From the NCBI RefSeq assembly GCF_009914755.1, contig NC_060941.1: a stretch of DNA of 64,000 nt, one strand, 5' to 3'. Under the pieces are notes generated by a model, which did no database searches, had not been told where the DNA came from, and was given only the letters and a program-made list of their open reading frames with translations. The position numbers and the translations under genes are program-made. Shown piece after piece: positions 48,090 through 61,478 of this stretch; the first letter of the stretch is position 1; every line of letters begins with the position of its first letter. Origin of the DNA: the human T2T-CHM13v2.0 reference genome, Homo sapiens.

Positions 48090-49340
48090 CTGGCTTTTAG
48101 TTGTTTTGGATATGTACCTTGAAGGGGAATTCCTGGATCATTTGATAACTCTGTTTAACTTTATGCAGAGGCACTGTATTGTTTTCCACGGGGGCTGCAG
48201 CATCTTTCTTACATCCCCACCAGCCAGGCACCAGGGTCTGAATTTCTCCACATCATGGGCAACACCTGTTACTATCTGATTTTTTTCATAATGGCCACCG
48301 TGATAATTCATTGTGGTTTTTATTTGCATTTCTCTAATGACTAGTTATGATGAGCATCCTTCATGTGCTTGTTGGGCATTTGCTGTCTTCTCTGGAGAAA
48401 TGTCCATTCAAGTCCTTTGCCCATTTTTGAATTGGGTTGTTGATTAACAAAGTTATTAGGATATTAAAAATACACACATCACTTCCAAGTAAGATTAATC
48501 CCAGCAATTCAAGGATGGCTCAAAATAAAAAAAAAAATTCTGTAAATGTCATCAGTTATATAAATTAAAAGATAAACTCTATATGATCATTTCAAAATGT
48601 AGAGAGAAAGCATTTGATAAAATTATTTGGAAAGAAATACCCTTGTCAAACTTGGAACAGGAAGGAACTCTCCTTGAGCTCACAATGCCCAAGGTAGACA
48701 TAATATTAAGATGTCTATACCAACATCATGCCTGCCCATCAAATTCCATTAGTACAGCCATTAAACTATCTTGTACAGTGATGATGTGTATTGCCTAAAA
48801 ACCAGTGTTTCCACTTCTAACTATATCCTAGAGAAACTTCTCATTTGCTCTCAGACATATGCAAGAATGTTGAATACAGGACTGTCAGGAATTGCAAAAA
48901 ACCTAAATGCCCATTAACCAGCAGACAGGTAACTGGTGTCTTTATCAGTGGGTACAGGAGTGATCTGGACCTAAGGTATCATGAAGAGAATGAGTTGCAG
49001 AAGCCTTTATACAACGTGGTATCATTGATATCAAGTTTTAAAACATTCAAAATAATAACTCCATGTTCAGATATGCTTACAGCTATCCTAAAAGCAGACA
49101 TTTAGAAATATAGTTATCTCTGGGGAGGGACGGAGGGATGTGAAGTTGTAACTATATGCATAATGTTTTGTTTCTCTAAAAAATGATCTATCGCAGCAGC
49201 TTGGGAGGCTGAAAGAAAATTTTAAAAAATTTAAAAATTTTAAAAAATGATCTAAAGCAAATATTCCATAAATGCTGAGATTTCTTAAAGCTTGGTGGGG
49301 GGTATACAGATGGTCATTATTATTACTTAAAGTTTGAAAT
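48090..49340. mobile_element. L1 fragments (minus 48090-48440, plus 48470-49340)
   Basis: ttgtggtttttatttgcatttctctaatgac; gagaaagcatttgataaaatt. Confidence 0.65.
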
Positions 49341-49604
49341 ATCTTAGTGAGAGCGGAGGAGACCTTAAAAGAAAAAGAAGAGGGAAAATCGTAACTTGAG
49401 AATGTAGTCCCCTGACAAGCAGCATAATCACAAAACGAGCATTCAGAGTTCAAGCGTTAAACACAGGATCACAAAGGCCTCGCACCCCACACCCCACACA
49501 CACGGCGCAGCCTTGGCCCTGAATGTGGTGCTCCCTCTGTCGCCCGGCCTGGCCGCCCTCAGCCCTCCCCCCTGCTAATGACTCCTGTCCCTGCCTTTCT
49601 TCAG

Positions 49605-49705
49605 TGTCTTCGAGAGAACTCTGACGTGAAGACGCACGGGCCTTTTGAGGCCGTGATGCGCACTCTCTGTGAATGCAAGGAGACAGCCAGCAAGACCCTC
49701 AGCAG
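49605..49705 (+). CDS. RNF213: RNF213 exon 43 (CLRENSDV...SKTLS)
   Basis: ttcttcag|TGT, AG|gtgaga, 101 nt. Confidence 0.96.
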
Positions 49706-49817
49706 GTGAGACCTTAGGTTTGGATCTGTGAAGGCGAGAATTCTGAACCTCTCGTGGTTTTCACTTCTTCTGGCCAGTTTCTCTGCTTCAGAACTGATTG
49801 CCCTTCTTGGATTCTAG

Positions 49818-50000
49818 GTTTGGGATTCAGCCGTGCTCCATCTGCCTGGGAGATGCAAAGGACCCCGTCTGTCTGCCCTGCGACCACGTGCACTGCCTGC
49901 GCTGCCTCAGGGCCTGGTTTGCCTCAGAGCAGATGATATGCCCCTACTGTTTAACTGCCTTGCCAGACGAATTCTCTCCAGCTGTTTCCCAAGCGCACAG
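49818..50000 (+). CDS. RNF213: RNF213 exon 44, C3HC4 RING finger (C3997-C4035 at 49834-49950)
   Basis: attctag|G, AG|gtacaa, 183 nt; CSIC-x11-CDHVHCLRC-x11-CPYC. Confidence 0.98.
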
Positions 50001-50130
50001 GTACAACACCCTTTCTCTCAAGAAAGCATCCTTTTTTTCATTTTCCTTTTTTGGCAAACACAATATTCAGAAATATAAACTCTATTAACCTTCATTTGGT
50101 AGAAAACCTGACCTCAGAGAACTATCATAA

Positions 50131-50635
<505 letters not shown>

Positions 50636-50960
50636 TGAGGATCAACCCACTTCTTGTCTAGCTTTTTGGAGCTGGTTAAAAGCAGCTCTGGCTCTCTGGA
50701 CTCAGCAGGCCTCAGCCCGGCTCTGTGAGTGGTTGGTTTTCTTTCCTTCCCCTTCCCCCCTTCTCAGGCCTCCTAAAAGTGGGGCACCAGGCAAGCCCAG
50801 TGGATGGGTTCTTTGACATACTTTGGGATATTGAAGGGTATTGTTGCCGGGTCCAAATGATCAAAGTGTTTCCAGAAAGGGATGCATGTAAATATCATCT
50901 GCTGAGGTTTTGAAGACTAGCTCTAACGGGTGAGAGGAGTGACTTGAATCTTTCAATTTA

Positions 50961-51271
<311 letters not shown>

Positions 51272-51358
51272 GTGAAATGCTGTGCAAATCTCAAGTCATT
51301 CTGTAAGGAGGCATTTGGGAAACACCATCCACCTGTCTTCTGTTTCTCGTGTTCTAAG

Positions 51359-51528
51359 GGAAGCCATTGAAAAGCATGCCCGCTTCCGGCAGATGTGCAA
51401 CAGTTTCTTCGTAGACCTGGTGTCCACCATTTGCTTCAAGGACAACGCTCCGCCTGAGAAGGAAGTGATTGAGAGCCTGCTCTCTCTCCTCTTCGTCCAA
51501 AAGGGGCGCTTAAGAGATGCTGCCCAGA
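51359..51528 (+). CDS. RNF213: RNF213 exon 45 (EAIEKHAR...RDAAQ)
   Basis: gttctaag|G, CAGA|gtaggt, 170 nt. Confidence 0.96.
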
Positions 51529-51624
51529 GTAGGTTGCTTTCTTCCTGTAAACCTAGCCCCTCATTTCTTCATCTCGCTTCTGCATGTCTCATGCAGTGAG
51601 CTGCCTTTTTCTTTCTGGTTTAAG

Positions 51625-51724
51625 GACACTGTGAACACACAAAATCTCTCTCTCCATTCAATGATGTTGTGGATAAGACTCCTGTCATCCGCTCAGTGAT
51701 ACTGAAACTGCTTTTGAAGTACAG
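51625..51724 (+). CDS. RNF213: RNF213 exon 46 (RHCEHTKS...LLLKY)
   Basis: ggtttaag|GA, AG|gtaaga, 100 nt. Confidence 0.96.
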
Positions 51725-52203
51725 GTAAGAACAACATGGAGACTTGCTTCTGGAAAGCCCTGGCTTTTTCTCTTCATCGCAGCGTTTTGTTACCAAGTCT
51801 TCTTGTCGTGACTAGTAGCTAGTACATGATCTTGGGGAGCTTTTTCGGTGAGACACAGCCTGGTTACTTGTACTGGTTGTGTATTCTGACATTTTCACAT
51901 ATAGGCACATGAGTTTAGTATTCCCACAAGCACACGCATCTAGCAAGAAGCCAACAGTGCCGTGAAGGGACCACAGTGGCGTGAGGGACATGGAACTCAA
52001 GAGGCCAGAATCTGTGGTGCTGAGCCTGGTTCCACAGCAGCGCAACTTTCTGATTTTTCAGATGGTAGCTTAGAATCCTGCTCACCCTGAATGTCCTAGA
52101 TGTCTCCTAAGTTTCTATTCCCCTGAACATGGGCTCTATTTCCTTGGAAAGGATGTTGACATCCAAGAATAGTATCACCTGTGGTACTTGTATGGATCTA
52201 ATA

Positions 52204-53532
52204 TTGCAGTTCTCAAAGTGTTGGTATGGACCCTTGGGTGTGAGGTAGGTCTCTGAGGTTAAAACTATTCTAAAAATTAGATTACTAAGATAAATTTGCC
52301 CTTTTTTAAAAAACATGTTGATACTTATGATGATGTTACAAAAAGCGGTGATGAGTTAAACTGCTGGCCCCTCACGTGAAGACACAGTAGCTGGAGGTAT
52401 TGTTTTCTTCACCGCCATGCACACGTGGTTTTCTTCATGCCAGTTTCATTTTAGTTTTACTAAATCTTGACTCTTGAGGATTTGACTTTTCAACGTTTTG
52501 TGGAAATGGGAAGCACACACAAAACACTCCCACTACACACCGGAGTAGACAGTTGCCTCACAGAAAATCACTCATGACAAGCCCTGGGTTATCAGCCGGC
52601 TGCTGTGTTCATGGACCGCCACCCGTGCTGGGAGGAAGGATGCACATGATACAGGTGTCCAGGGCTGGGCAGGCCTCTCCTGGAAATCAGCAAAGTGAGC
52701 CAGCCTCAGCCAAACAACTGACAATGTTGGTTGGTGATGATAACATTCAAGCTTTTAAGCTGAAATTAAAATTTTGAAAAGCTTATATTCTCCACTATGA
52801 GCTTGTGAGCTTTTGAATACTTAAAGACATTTTGGGGCAATTTGTGGTGATATTAATGAATATGGATTTTTTTTTTTAAAACGTAGAATACAAATGTGTC
52901 AACCTTTACAAGACCTGCACAGCCCAGTGAACCAATATTTTCCAAATGACCAATGCCTGATGTCATGAAATCATGTGGGTCAAAAAAGAAAAAAATCTAT
53001 TTAAAGTATGGGCAGACCTTTTTGATTTTAACATAATTGACTGAAAAATGCACTGATACAGTTTCAGGCTCCACATTGCAACTAACCTCTAGACATGACC
53101 ATTTATCACTGTGGGCACAGCATTAAGGAATAATAGCCACAATCAGCTGCAAAAACTATTAAAATGTTCCTCGCTATTCCGAGTATATGAGGACAGATTT
53201 TCTTCATGTTCTCCCATATGCTGCAGCGATGGGGAGCAGGGCAGGCAGGCCGCTGACTTCCAGGAGCCAGGCCCCAGGGCCAGCACAGGAATGGAAGACC
53301 AAACCACTCTTCTCACGGATTCATGTTTTGGAAAATATTTTAAATGTTATTTAACATGTAATAGCTTTATTGTTATTTTAAATGAATGTATATTTTTGAA
53401 ACCTTTTGTTTTTAATGTCTCATAATTCCTAATATCATAAATATTGATAATATAACCCACATAAAAGCTCTTCGGGGTTCTCAATTTTTAAGACTATAAA
53501 GGGGTCCTGAAACCAAAGTTTGAGGACAGCTG
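52204..53532. mobile_element. Charlie1a-like hAT DNA transposon
   Basis: Starts gttctcaaagtg...gaggttaaaactatt; ends aacccacataaaagctcttcgggg...ggggtcctgaaaccaaagtttgaggacagctg. Confidence 0.8.
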
Positions 53533-53732
53533 GTCTAAAATGTGAGTTTTATATTCCTCCAGTATTATGCTAAAAGGTTTTCCATAAAATCTTAGAAACC
53601 ACGTATATGTATGTATATGTTTATACACACACACACACACAGGACAGACGACCGATAGATAGATGCTCTTTTTTTTAGTAAGGTATGTCTCCAGATCTGA
53701 GAGAACCAGGAATAATATTTCTCTTTCTGCAG

Positions 53733-53844
53733 CTTTCATGATGTAAAAGATTATATTCAGGAATATTTGACCCTGTTAAAAAAGAAAGCATTCATAACTG
53801 AAGATAAAACTGAACTGTACATGCTCTTCATCAACTGCCTGGAG
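53733..53844 (+). CDS. RNF213: RNF213 exon 47 (FHDVKDYI...INCLE)
   Basis: ttctgcag|C, GAG|gtaagt, 112 nt. Confidence 0.96.
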
Positions 53845-54379
53845 GTAAGTGAACTCTCTCTTCCCTGAATTTCTTTTGGAAACTATCTGAACCACATGGT
53901 TTAAAATTTACAGAATATAATTTTAGTCAGTATAATTAACGAATGCTCTGTTCCGTGCAGAAAAGAAGAAAGGTTTCAAAGACGCGGCTTCTGCCTTCAG
54001 CAACGTATATTTTGGCATTTACTTGCATATACATACAAAACAGAACAGCCTAGGAGAATATACTGCCAAAGTTAACAGTGGTTATCATTGAGTGGGGACA
54101 TTATGGATACTTTTTATCTTCATATTTTTATATCCAAAATTTTTATAATGTAAATAAATTAGATAATTTTTTTTCCTCATAGGTTCACTTTTCCCCTCCT
54201 TCTTGTCCTTAAAATAAAAAGGAATGTTAGGTTTCCATAAGTCAAGAAATTTACACTGAAACCTACAGTAACATTCTTCTATCCTTCCTTCTCCACAGTC
54301 ACATTGGCGACTGTAGAAGCTTGGGGCATCCATGTTTAAAAAAATAATATCCTTTTCTTTCTTGTTCCTTGTTCCTCAG

Positions 54380-54593
54380 GATTCAATACTTGAGAAGACC
54401 AGTGCTTACTCCAGAAATGATGAACTGAACCACCTAGAAGAGGAAGGTCGTTTCCTTAAGGCATATTCTCCAGCAAGCCGGGGCCGAGAGCCTGCCAACG
54501 AGGCCTCGGTTGAATACCTGCAAGAGGTGGCCCGGATCCGCCTCTGCCTCGACAGAGCTGCAGATTTCCTCTCGGAGCCTGAGGGAGGCCCAG
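54380..54593 (+). CDS. RNF213: RNF213 exon 48 (DSILEKTS...PEGGP), GC donor
   Basis: ttcctcag|GAT, CCAG|gcaagt, 214 nt; joins in frame to exon 49 (G+AG=Glu). Confidence 0.93.
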
Positions 54594-54833
54594 GCAAGTC
54601 TTCTCTGCCTTGCTTTCCTTTGGGTTTAAAGACTCCGTTATTTAGAAATTCAGGAAGTATGGGAAACTAGTTCTTCGAATAGACTACTACTGGGCTTTTC
54701 TACATCCCCTCTCCCCTGGATGTGTTTCTGTGAATGCCTGTGGGTAGGTCCGATGCCCTCTGGTTGGCCTTGTGTCCTACAATAAATGCCCTAAGTCACC
54801 AGCCACTCACCCGCTTTCTCGTTGGCCTCTCAG

Positions 54834-55024
54834 AGATGGCCAAGGAGAAGCAGTGCTACCTGCAGCAAGTCAAGCAGTTCTGTATCCGGGTGGAGAACGA
54901 CTGGCACCGGGTGTACCTGGTGCGGAAGATCAGCAGCCAGCGGGGGATGGAGTTCGTGCAGGGCCTCTCCAAGCCCGGCCGCCCGCACCAGTGGGTGTTT
55001 CCCAAGGACGTTGTCAAGCAGCAG
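54834..55024 (+). CDS. RNF213: RNF213 exon 49 (EMAKEKQC...VVKQQ)
   Basis: cctctcag|AG, CAG|gtgaga, 191 nt. Confidence 0.96.
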
Positions 55025-55057
55025 GTGAGAAGCGGGGCCGGGCAGCACACAAACATG

Positions 55058-55207
55058 CACCCCCACAGCCCCATACACCCCAAACCCACACACCCCCCTA
55101 CCCTCACACCCTACCCCCCCACACCCCACCCCCTCACACCTTCCCCACCACATACCCTCATACCCCCACACCTCACCCTCACACCCCCACACCTCACCCT
55201 CACACCC
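55058..55207. repeat. C/A-rich low-complexity tract with 21-bp tandem unit (55162-55203)
   Basis: Read directly. Confidence 0.9.
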
Positions 55208-55478
55208 AGGGATGGTGCCACTGCTTCCGCGTTCCGCCTGCCCTTAGCATCCCCAGAGCCAGGAAGGAAACCTGCCGCTTGTCTGTCTGGTCCTTTGTCT
55301 CTGTGCTTCAGCTGATTTGCCCCAGCTTGTGATCATGTTTACACTGCCTGCTGTAGGGCCAAGGTGAGGGCACTCACCTCAGAGCTTCTTTAATTAGGCA
55401 TCACTTCTAATTGAATTTCACTCAAGGAAAGTAGAACATTCTTGTGGCCTTTGCTTTCAGCGAATTAAACGTAGTTCA

Positions 55479-55889
<411 letters not shown>

Positions 55890-56316
55890 TCAAGGCCTCT
55901 CAGTGGTCCTTTCCAGATACCCAGAAATTAACAAATTCTTATTGTCCAGGGGATACAAAAATGGTACTAAGAACCCCGGCACTGTTTGACTACCACCTGG
56001 GGTTTAGAGTTGACATGACTTGAGCCACCCGGCCTCAGGTGTGGTGCGGTGCGCCGCAAACGGAGGAAGCAAGCACCTCCCCAGGTAGCGCTGCCGTCGG
56101 CAGGCATTCCCTGCACTTGCACCTCTTCGTCTACTGAGGAGGAAGCTCCCTGCGAAGAGGGCACCAGACTGTCCTGCCTCAGGCCAGGTCAGGGAATCCC
56201 AGCTTGGCTGCCTTTAAACCTCGAATGATCAACCACCTGGTTCCTGTACCCGTTCAGACGGTTCTTTGCAAGACATTCCTCCCATTGTTCACCCCCAACT
56301 AACCTCTGTATTCCAG

Positions 56317-56448
56317 GGGCTGCGGCAGGACCACCCAGGCCAGATGGATAGGTACCTGGTGTACGGCGATGAATACAAGGCTCTCCGTGATGCTGTGGCC
56401 AAAGCTGTCCTCGAGTGCAAGCCACTGGGCATTAAGACTGCTCTGAAG
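56317..56448 (+). CDS. RNF213: RNF213 exon 50 (GLRQDHPG...KTALK)
   Basis: tattccag|GGG, AAG|gtagga, 132 nt. Confidence 0.96.
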
Positions 56449-57271
56449 GTAGGATGGGCCCGTGGCTTCTCTCTGATACCAGGTGGCATCCCTTGGAGCC
56501 TGCATGTTCCCTGGTTTATGTCAAATGATGCAGGGTGATGGACCACTGATGCGGCCCATCACGTGACACTGTATTGGAAGTCACGTGCCCACAGCCTCCA
56601 GGGCGCACCTGGCTAGTGTGCGTGAACCAGTGGCTGGAACAGGACAGCTATGACAGTTGAGCTGGGTTGACAGATTTGCTGTGTCTTGCTGATCTGCCAA
56701 GTCCATCAGCAGCGCCTTTTGATTTATGCCCATTACTTCCTTTGAGACCCTGCTGGAAAACAGTCTAAGAAAGATGCTGACACAACTATTAATAGCAAAA
56801 TTCATACCTAGATGTATTCATAATTCAGATATGCATGTGTGTTTAATAAAAATACATATGTTGGTGTAGTGTGGGAAGTTAAAAAATATAAAGATGTTTT
56901 TAGAATCTAACCTTTAAATTGGTCTGGTCTTGCTTCCTTTTTGAGTCCCTGTGCCAGGAAAAGAGGAAATGGAAAATCCTCTTTCTGCTCAGAAGTTTCT
57001 AAGACCAGTGAAGGAGTCAGAAGAACAGATGGTGATTCCGTTGCTTCTGTCATTAAGCTGGCTGCTAAATATGCGTTGAGTTTAATCTGAGAGTATTTCA
57101 GGAACTTTGTAGCCCAAAAGTTGCTCGCCAGAAGACTGCCCATGTGGGGCATGACCCCAGGTGTCCAGGCCTGGAAAAGGCTCCTTCCCTTTTGGTGGGT
57201 TGAGGGCTGAGGCATGTGAAAAGTTTCTTTTCACATGCAAACTTCGTGGGCCTCTGGCCCTTAGGTAGATC

Positions 57272-57593
<322 letters not shown>

Positions 57594-57618
57594 TTACTTG
57601 ATACCCTTGATTTTGCAG

Positions 57619-57729
57619 GCCTGCAAGACCCCCCAAAGCCAGCAGTCAGCCTACTTCCTGTTAACACTGTTTAGAGAGGTGGCTATTTTGTACAGATCCC
57701 ACAATGCAAGCCTCCACCCCACGCCAGAG
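57619..57729 (+). CDS. RNF213: RNF213 exon 51 (ACKTPQSQ...HPTPE)
   Basis: ttttgcag|GCC, GAG|gtgagt, 111 nt. Confidence 0.96.
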
Positions 57730-58159
57730 GTGAGTAACCGCCTGCAGGGCTGTGTTCAAAGTCTCAGTATTTGGAGGGATTTTATTGAATAGAATGAAAG
57801 TTATCAACACAAATCATACCATAATTTTTTTATCTAGGATAGAGGTTCTCAACCTTGTTATGTGGAGGAACACATAACCAAGCTGTTTAACCCAAAGCTT
57901 GTAGAATTATAATGAAAACTAAAGCCAAGAACATAAGATAATGTTTAACAGAATAGAATATCAAAATTAATGCTTACGTATGTGGATGCTGTGTTTGTAT
58001 ATGCACAATTCTCTTCTCTGAAAAATTTCCCCCTCAAATGGTGGTGATTTCTCCATATTTACCTTGATATTTGATGTGTATTTGGTGTCAGTGTATGTCT
58101 AAGAGCAATTCACACAATATTCTTTGATACATCTTAATGTTAAGTTTTTTTCCTGTCAG

Positions 58160-58402
58160 CAATGTGAAGCTGTGAGCAAATTCATTGGCGAATGCAAGAT
58201 CCTTTCACCTCCTGATATCAGCCGTTTTGCAACATCGCTCGTGGACAATTCTGTGCCATTGTTGAGGGCGGGGCCTAGTGACAGCAACCTTGATGGAACG
58301 GTGACAGAAATGGCCATTCATGCTGCAGCCGTCCTTCTGTGTGGACAGAATGAACTCTTGGAGCCCCTAAAGAATCTGGCCTTCTCCCCAGCCACCATGG
58401 CG
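58160..58402 (+). CDS. RNF213: RNF213 exon 52 (QCEAVSKF...PATMA)
   Basis: cctgtcag|CAA, GCG|gtaaga, 243 nt. Confidence 0.96.
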
Positions 58403-58740
58403 GTAAGAGTAGGCCACAATTCCATCGGCCTTCACTGGAACACCCCCCAGAGCTTGTCACTGTAGAGACCGAGCTGCAGCTGTGGGAACTCTTGAGCATC
58501 TTTATCTCCTCAGTTCTCTGCCTTTGTGTCACCTGATTCTTGAGCACACAAGATAGTGACAGACTTGCCTTGCCCTTTGTTATTTCACAGGAAGCTGTTC
58601 TGTTTTCTTCACAGACAGCTTGAGAAGTCCAGCAGAAGGAAAGCAGAGTTCCCTTTCTTCCTCTAGGCCTCCTGCTGAGCAGCAGCACCCAGGTGACAAG
58701 CTCACTTATCTAGAGCTGTCTCTGTCTTCTTGTTTTTCAG

Positions 58741-58822
58741 CATGCTTTTCTTCCAACCATGCCTGAAGACTTGCTGGCTCAAGCTCGGAGGTGGAAGGGT
58801 CTGGAGCGAGTCCACTGGTACA
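58741..58822 (+). CDS. RNF213: RNF213 exon 53 (HAFLPTMPED...RVHWY)
   Basis: tttttcag|CAT, TACA|gtaagt, 82 nt. Confidence 0.96.
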
Positions 58823-59620
58823 GTAAGTGTTGGGGTCTAGATGACCCCACACTCCTTTGAGCTTCAAAGGGTGTCCAGATGCTATGAAGCATTGGGTTCG
58901 ACTTGGGGTCCACGTGGTTTGTGCCTCAGGGTCCAAAACCACCTGCATTCTACCGGTGGCGTCTGCAGAAGACGAATGGCTTGAAGGAGCTGGCACTCCG
59001 CCGGCTAGATGATCCAAACCATTTCATTTCTTTGTCGTGTGGAAAAGGCCCTCTGTGATGCACTTCTGTTCTCTGGAATATGCCATTTTGGGAGAAGGGA
59101 GGGACTGGGAACCACATCAGAGACGCATTCAAAGGCCCACCACAAAACAAAGTTTTTGACACAAAGCTCTTCTGAAATATATGAAATATAGAACCGGGAG
59201 ACTGACTCATATAACCCATGACATGTAAATTTTGCTGTTGCCTGAGTAAATATTTTAAAACTAGTTTTTAAAGTTGTTATAAAATATGCTCATGACAAAA
59301 AAAAAAAAATCAAGGAAAATAGAAAGGTCTAGAATCCTGTCCACCTTGCCTCCAAAAGTACCCCTGGTATGGGCCTATATTCTAATTGCTCTTTACTTGA
59401 TAAAATTAATAAAATTAGACTCAGACATTTTTCACTGACAACATACATTTATTAAGCTTCAGGCAGGTGTCATGTAACTTAACAAATTAGCGTGGGATGC
59501 TCTGGACAGTCATTCTCATATTGTGGTCAGGGCCAGAGAGTAGAGAGTTAGCTTTCCCTTTTCAGTGTGGGTCATTGGGTGAAACCTCATTAGCCAATGT
59601 GTGTCCTGTTCTCTTCACAG

Positions 59621-59655
59621 CTTGTCCCAACGGCCATCCTTGCTCCGTGGGAGAG
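59621..59655 (+). CDS. RNF213: RNF213 exon 54, 35-nt microexon (TCPNGHPCSVGE; RZ finger C4505, H4509)
   Basis: cttcacag|CT, GAG|gtgagt; needed for frame and carries the CPNGH motif. Confidence 0.96.
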
Positions 59656-59832
59656 GTGAGTCTTGGTATTTAAGATAGGGTTTGAGGGGTGGCGTGCACT
59701 CCTGGGTTGGAGGAGGGGGATCGTGGGTCAGGAGAGTGAGGCTCTCGGCCTTCCAGGAGAGCACAGGCTCACCGAGGACTGCCCAGGGTGCTCTGAGCAG
59801 GGCAATGCCAATGGCGCTAAGGGTTTCTAGCC

Positions 59833-60029
59833 CAGGGCTTCTCAGACTCAGCACTGTGGACGTGGCTCTGCGGCGTGGGCTGTCCTGTGCACTGCAGGCT
59901 GTCTGGCAGTATGCCTGACCTCGAGTCCCTGGATGCCAGGAGCACCCACTCCTCCCAGTGTGACAGCTAAAACCAGACATTGACAAAGGTCCCCTAGGAA
60001 AGAAAATTGCTACTGGTTGGGAACTGCTG
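59833..60029. mobile_element. MER20 (hAT-Charlie)
   Basis: ggctgtcctgtgcactgcagg...ggatgccaggagcaccc...ccagacattgacaaaggtcccct...ggttgggaactgctg. Confidence 0.8.
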
Positions 60030-60324
60030 CTAGCCATTCTTTCTAGCCACTGCAGCATGGGGTCAGTGAGCCTTGTCTTGATAGAATGGCAAGGTGTTGC
60101 CTGGACCACAGGCTGCATTATTAGCCCTCAGAGGAGGTGTGGTCCAGATGCCAAAGGAAAAAGCCACGTGTAGGCTGTGCGCCATGGGGGAAGAACTGTT
60201 GATTATTCCTCTCTGGATTCCCAAGCATCTAGCCTAGAGCCCTCCATACACAGTATCTGTACTTGCTGAGCAAGAGGCTGGTGGGTTGAGCTGACACGTG
60301 GTAGTTAGTTATTAGTATTACTTA

Positions 60325-60476
60325 CTTGGTTGAGATATGTCTGGCTCTCTTACCCAGGCTGGAGTGCAGAGTGACATGATCATAGCTCACTATAAACATT
60401 GAACTCCTGGGCTCAAGCGATCCTCCCGCCTCGGCCTCCCAAAGTGTTGGGATTATGAGCCACTGTGCCCAGCCTG
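60325..60476 (-). mobile_element. Partial AluJ/FLAM
   Basis: Alu pieces. Confidence 0.8.
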
Positions 60477-60750
60477 ATACACGTCATTTAATAATGTATA
60501 TAAGAGATACGGAGGGAGAAAAACTGTTACATACACTTCATTTTTCTGAGCTTCAATCACTTCCTTGTCCATGAAATGAGGACGCTGAAATAGAGTCTAT
60601 CCAAGAATGCTCCCAGCTCTGAAATTCTGTAACTGGTTTGGTGTGTTATCAGCCGTGACTCTCAGTATATTGTGGCACAATATCTGATTTTGAAAAATAA
60701 GCCTTTGGAAGTAGATTATGTGATTAGATTTTTTTAAATAAAAAAGTCCA

Positions 60751-61058
60751 AGCCAGGTGTGGTAGGTCACACCTGTAATCCCAGCACTTCAGGAGGCTGA
60801 GGCAGGTGGATTGCTAGATCCCAGGAGTTTGAGACTGGCCCGGGCAACATGTTGAAACCCCGTCTCTACAAAAAAACACAAAGCATCAGCAGGGCATGGT
60901 GGTGCATGCGTGCATGCGTGCATGCGTGTGGTCCCAGCTACTTGGGAGGCTAAGGTAGGAGGATTGCTTGAGCCTGGGGAGGTCAAGGCTGTAGTGAGCC
61001 GTGATGGTGCCACTGCACTCCAGCCTGGAGGACAGAGCGAGGCTCTGTCTCATAAAAA
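60751..61058 (+). mobile_element. AluJ with internal (GTGCATGC)3
   Basis: Alu consensus. Confidence 0.9.
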
Positions 61059-61478
61059 TTGATATATGAAAAAGTCCAAATGAATATAAGGAAGTCAGTT
61101 TGGAAGCTCTTCTAGTATTCTTGGTATTAGATCATGAAGTGCCACAGGCTAGTGTGATAGATGGAGGGATGGAAAAAGTGCTGAATACAAGAAAGGAAGG
61201 TTGAATTTTATATATTTGTCTATAAAGTGTCACTCTGGGAATAAAGCTTAAATTGTCTCACTTATTTAAAAAACAGTTCCAGTTTGCCCACGTGCAACAT
61301 TAGTGAGTACCTACCCTGTTCCCATGGGTTCTCCACCCACCCGAAACAAGCACACACTGGGACAATCTGAGGGTGCTCACGTCTGCCGGTGATAAGGAGG
61401 TGTTCATTTGCATGATGGCATTTGTGCATAAAATGGTACTGCTCCAGAAGTGGTTCTAGTGCCCTGTCTTCACCCTAG

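Noticed and set aside
54734-55332. Pro/His/Thr-rich ORF extensions after exon 49
   Set aside because: Translation of the stop-free C/A tract beyond a strong CAG|GTGAGA donor.
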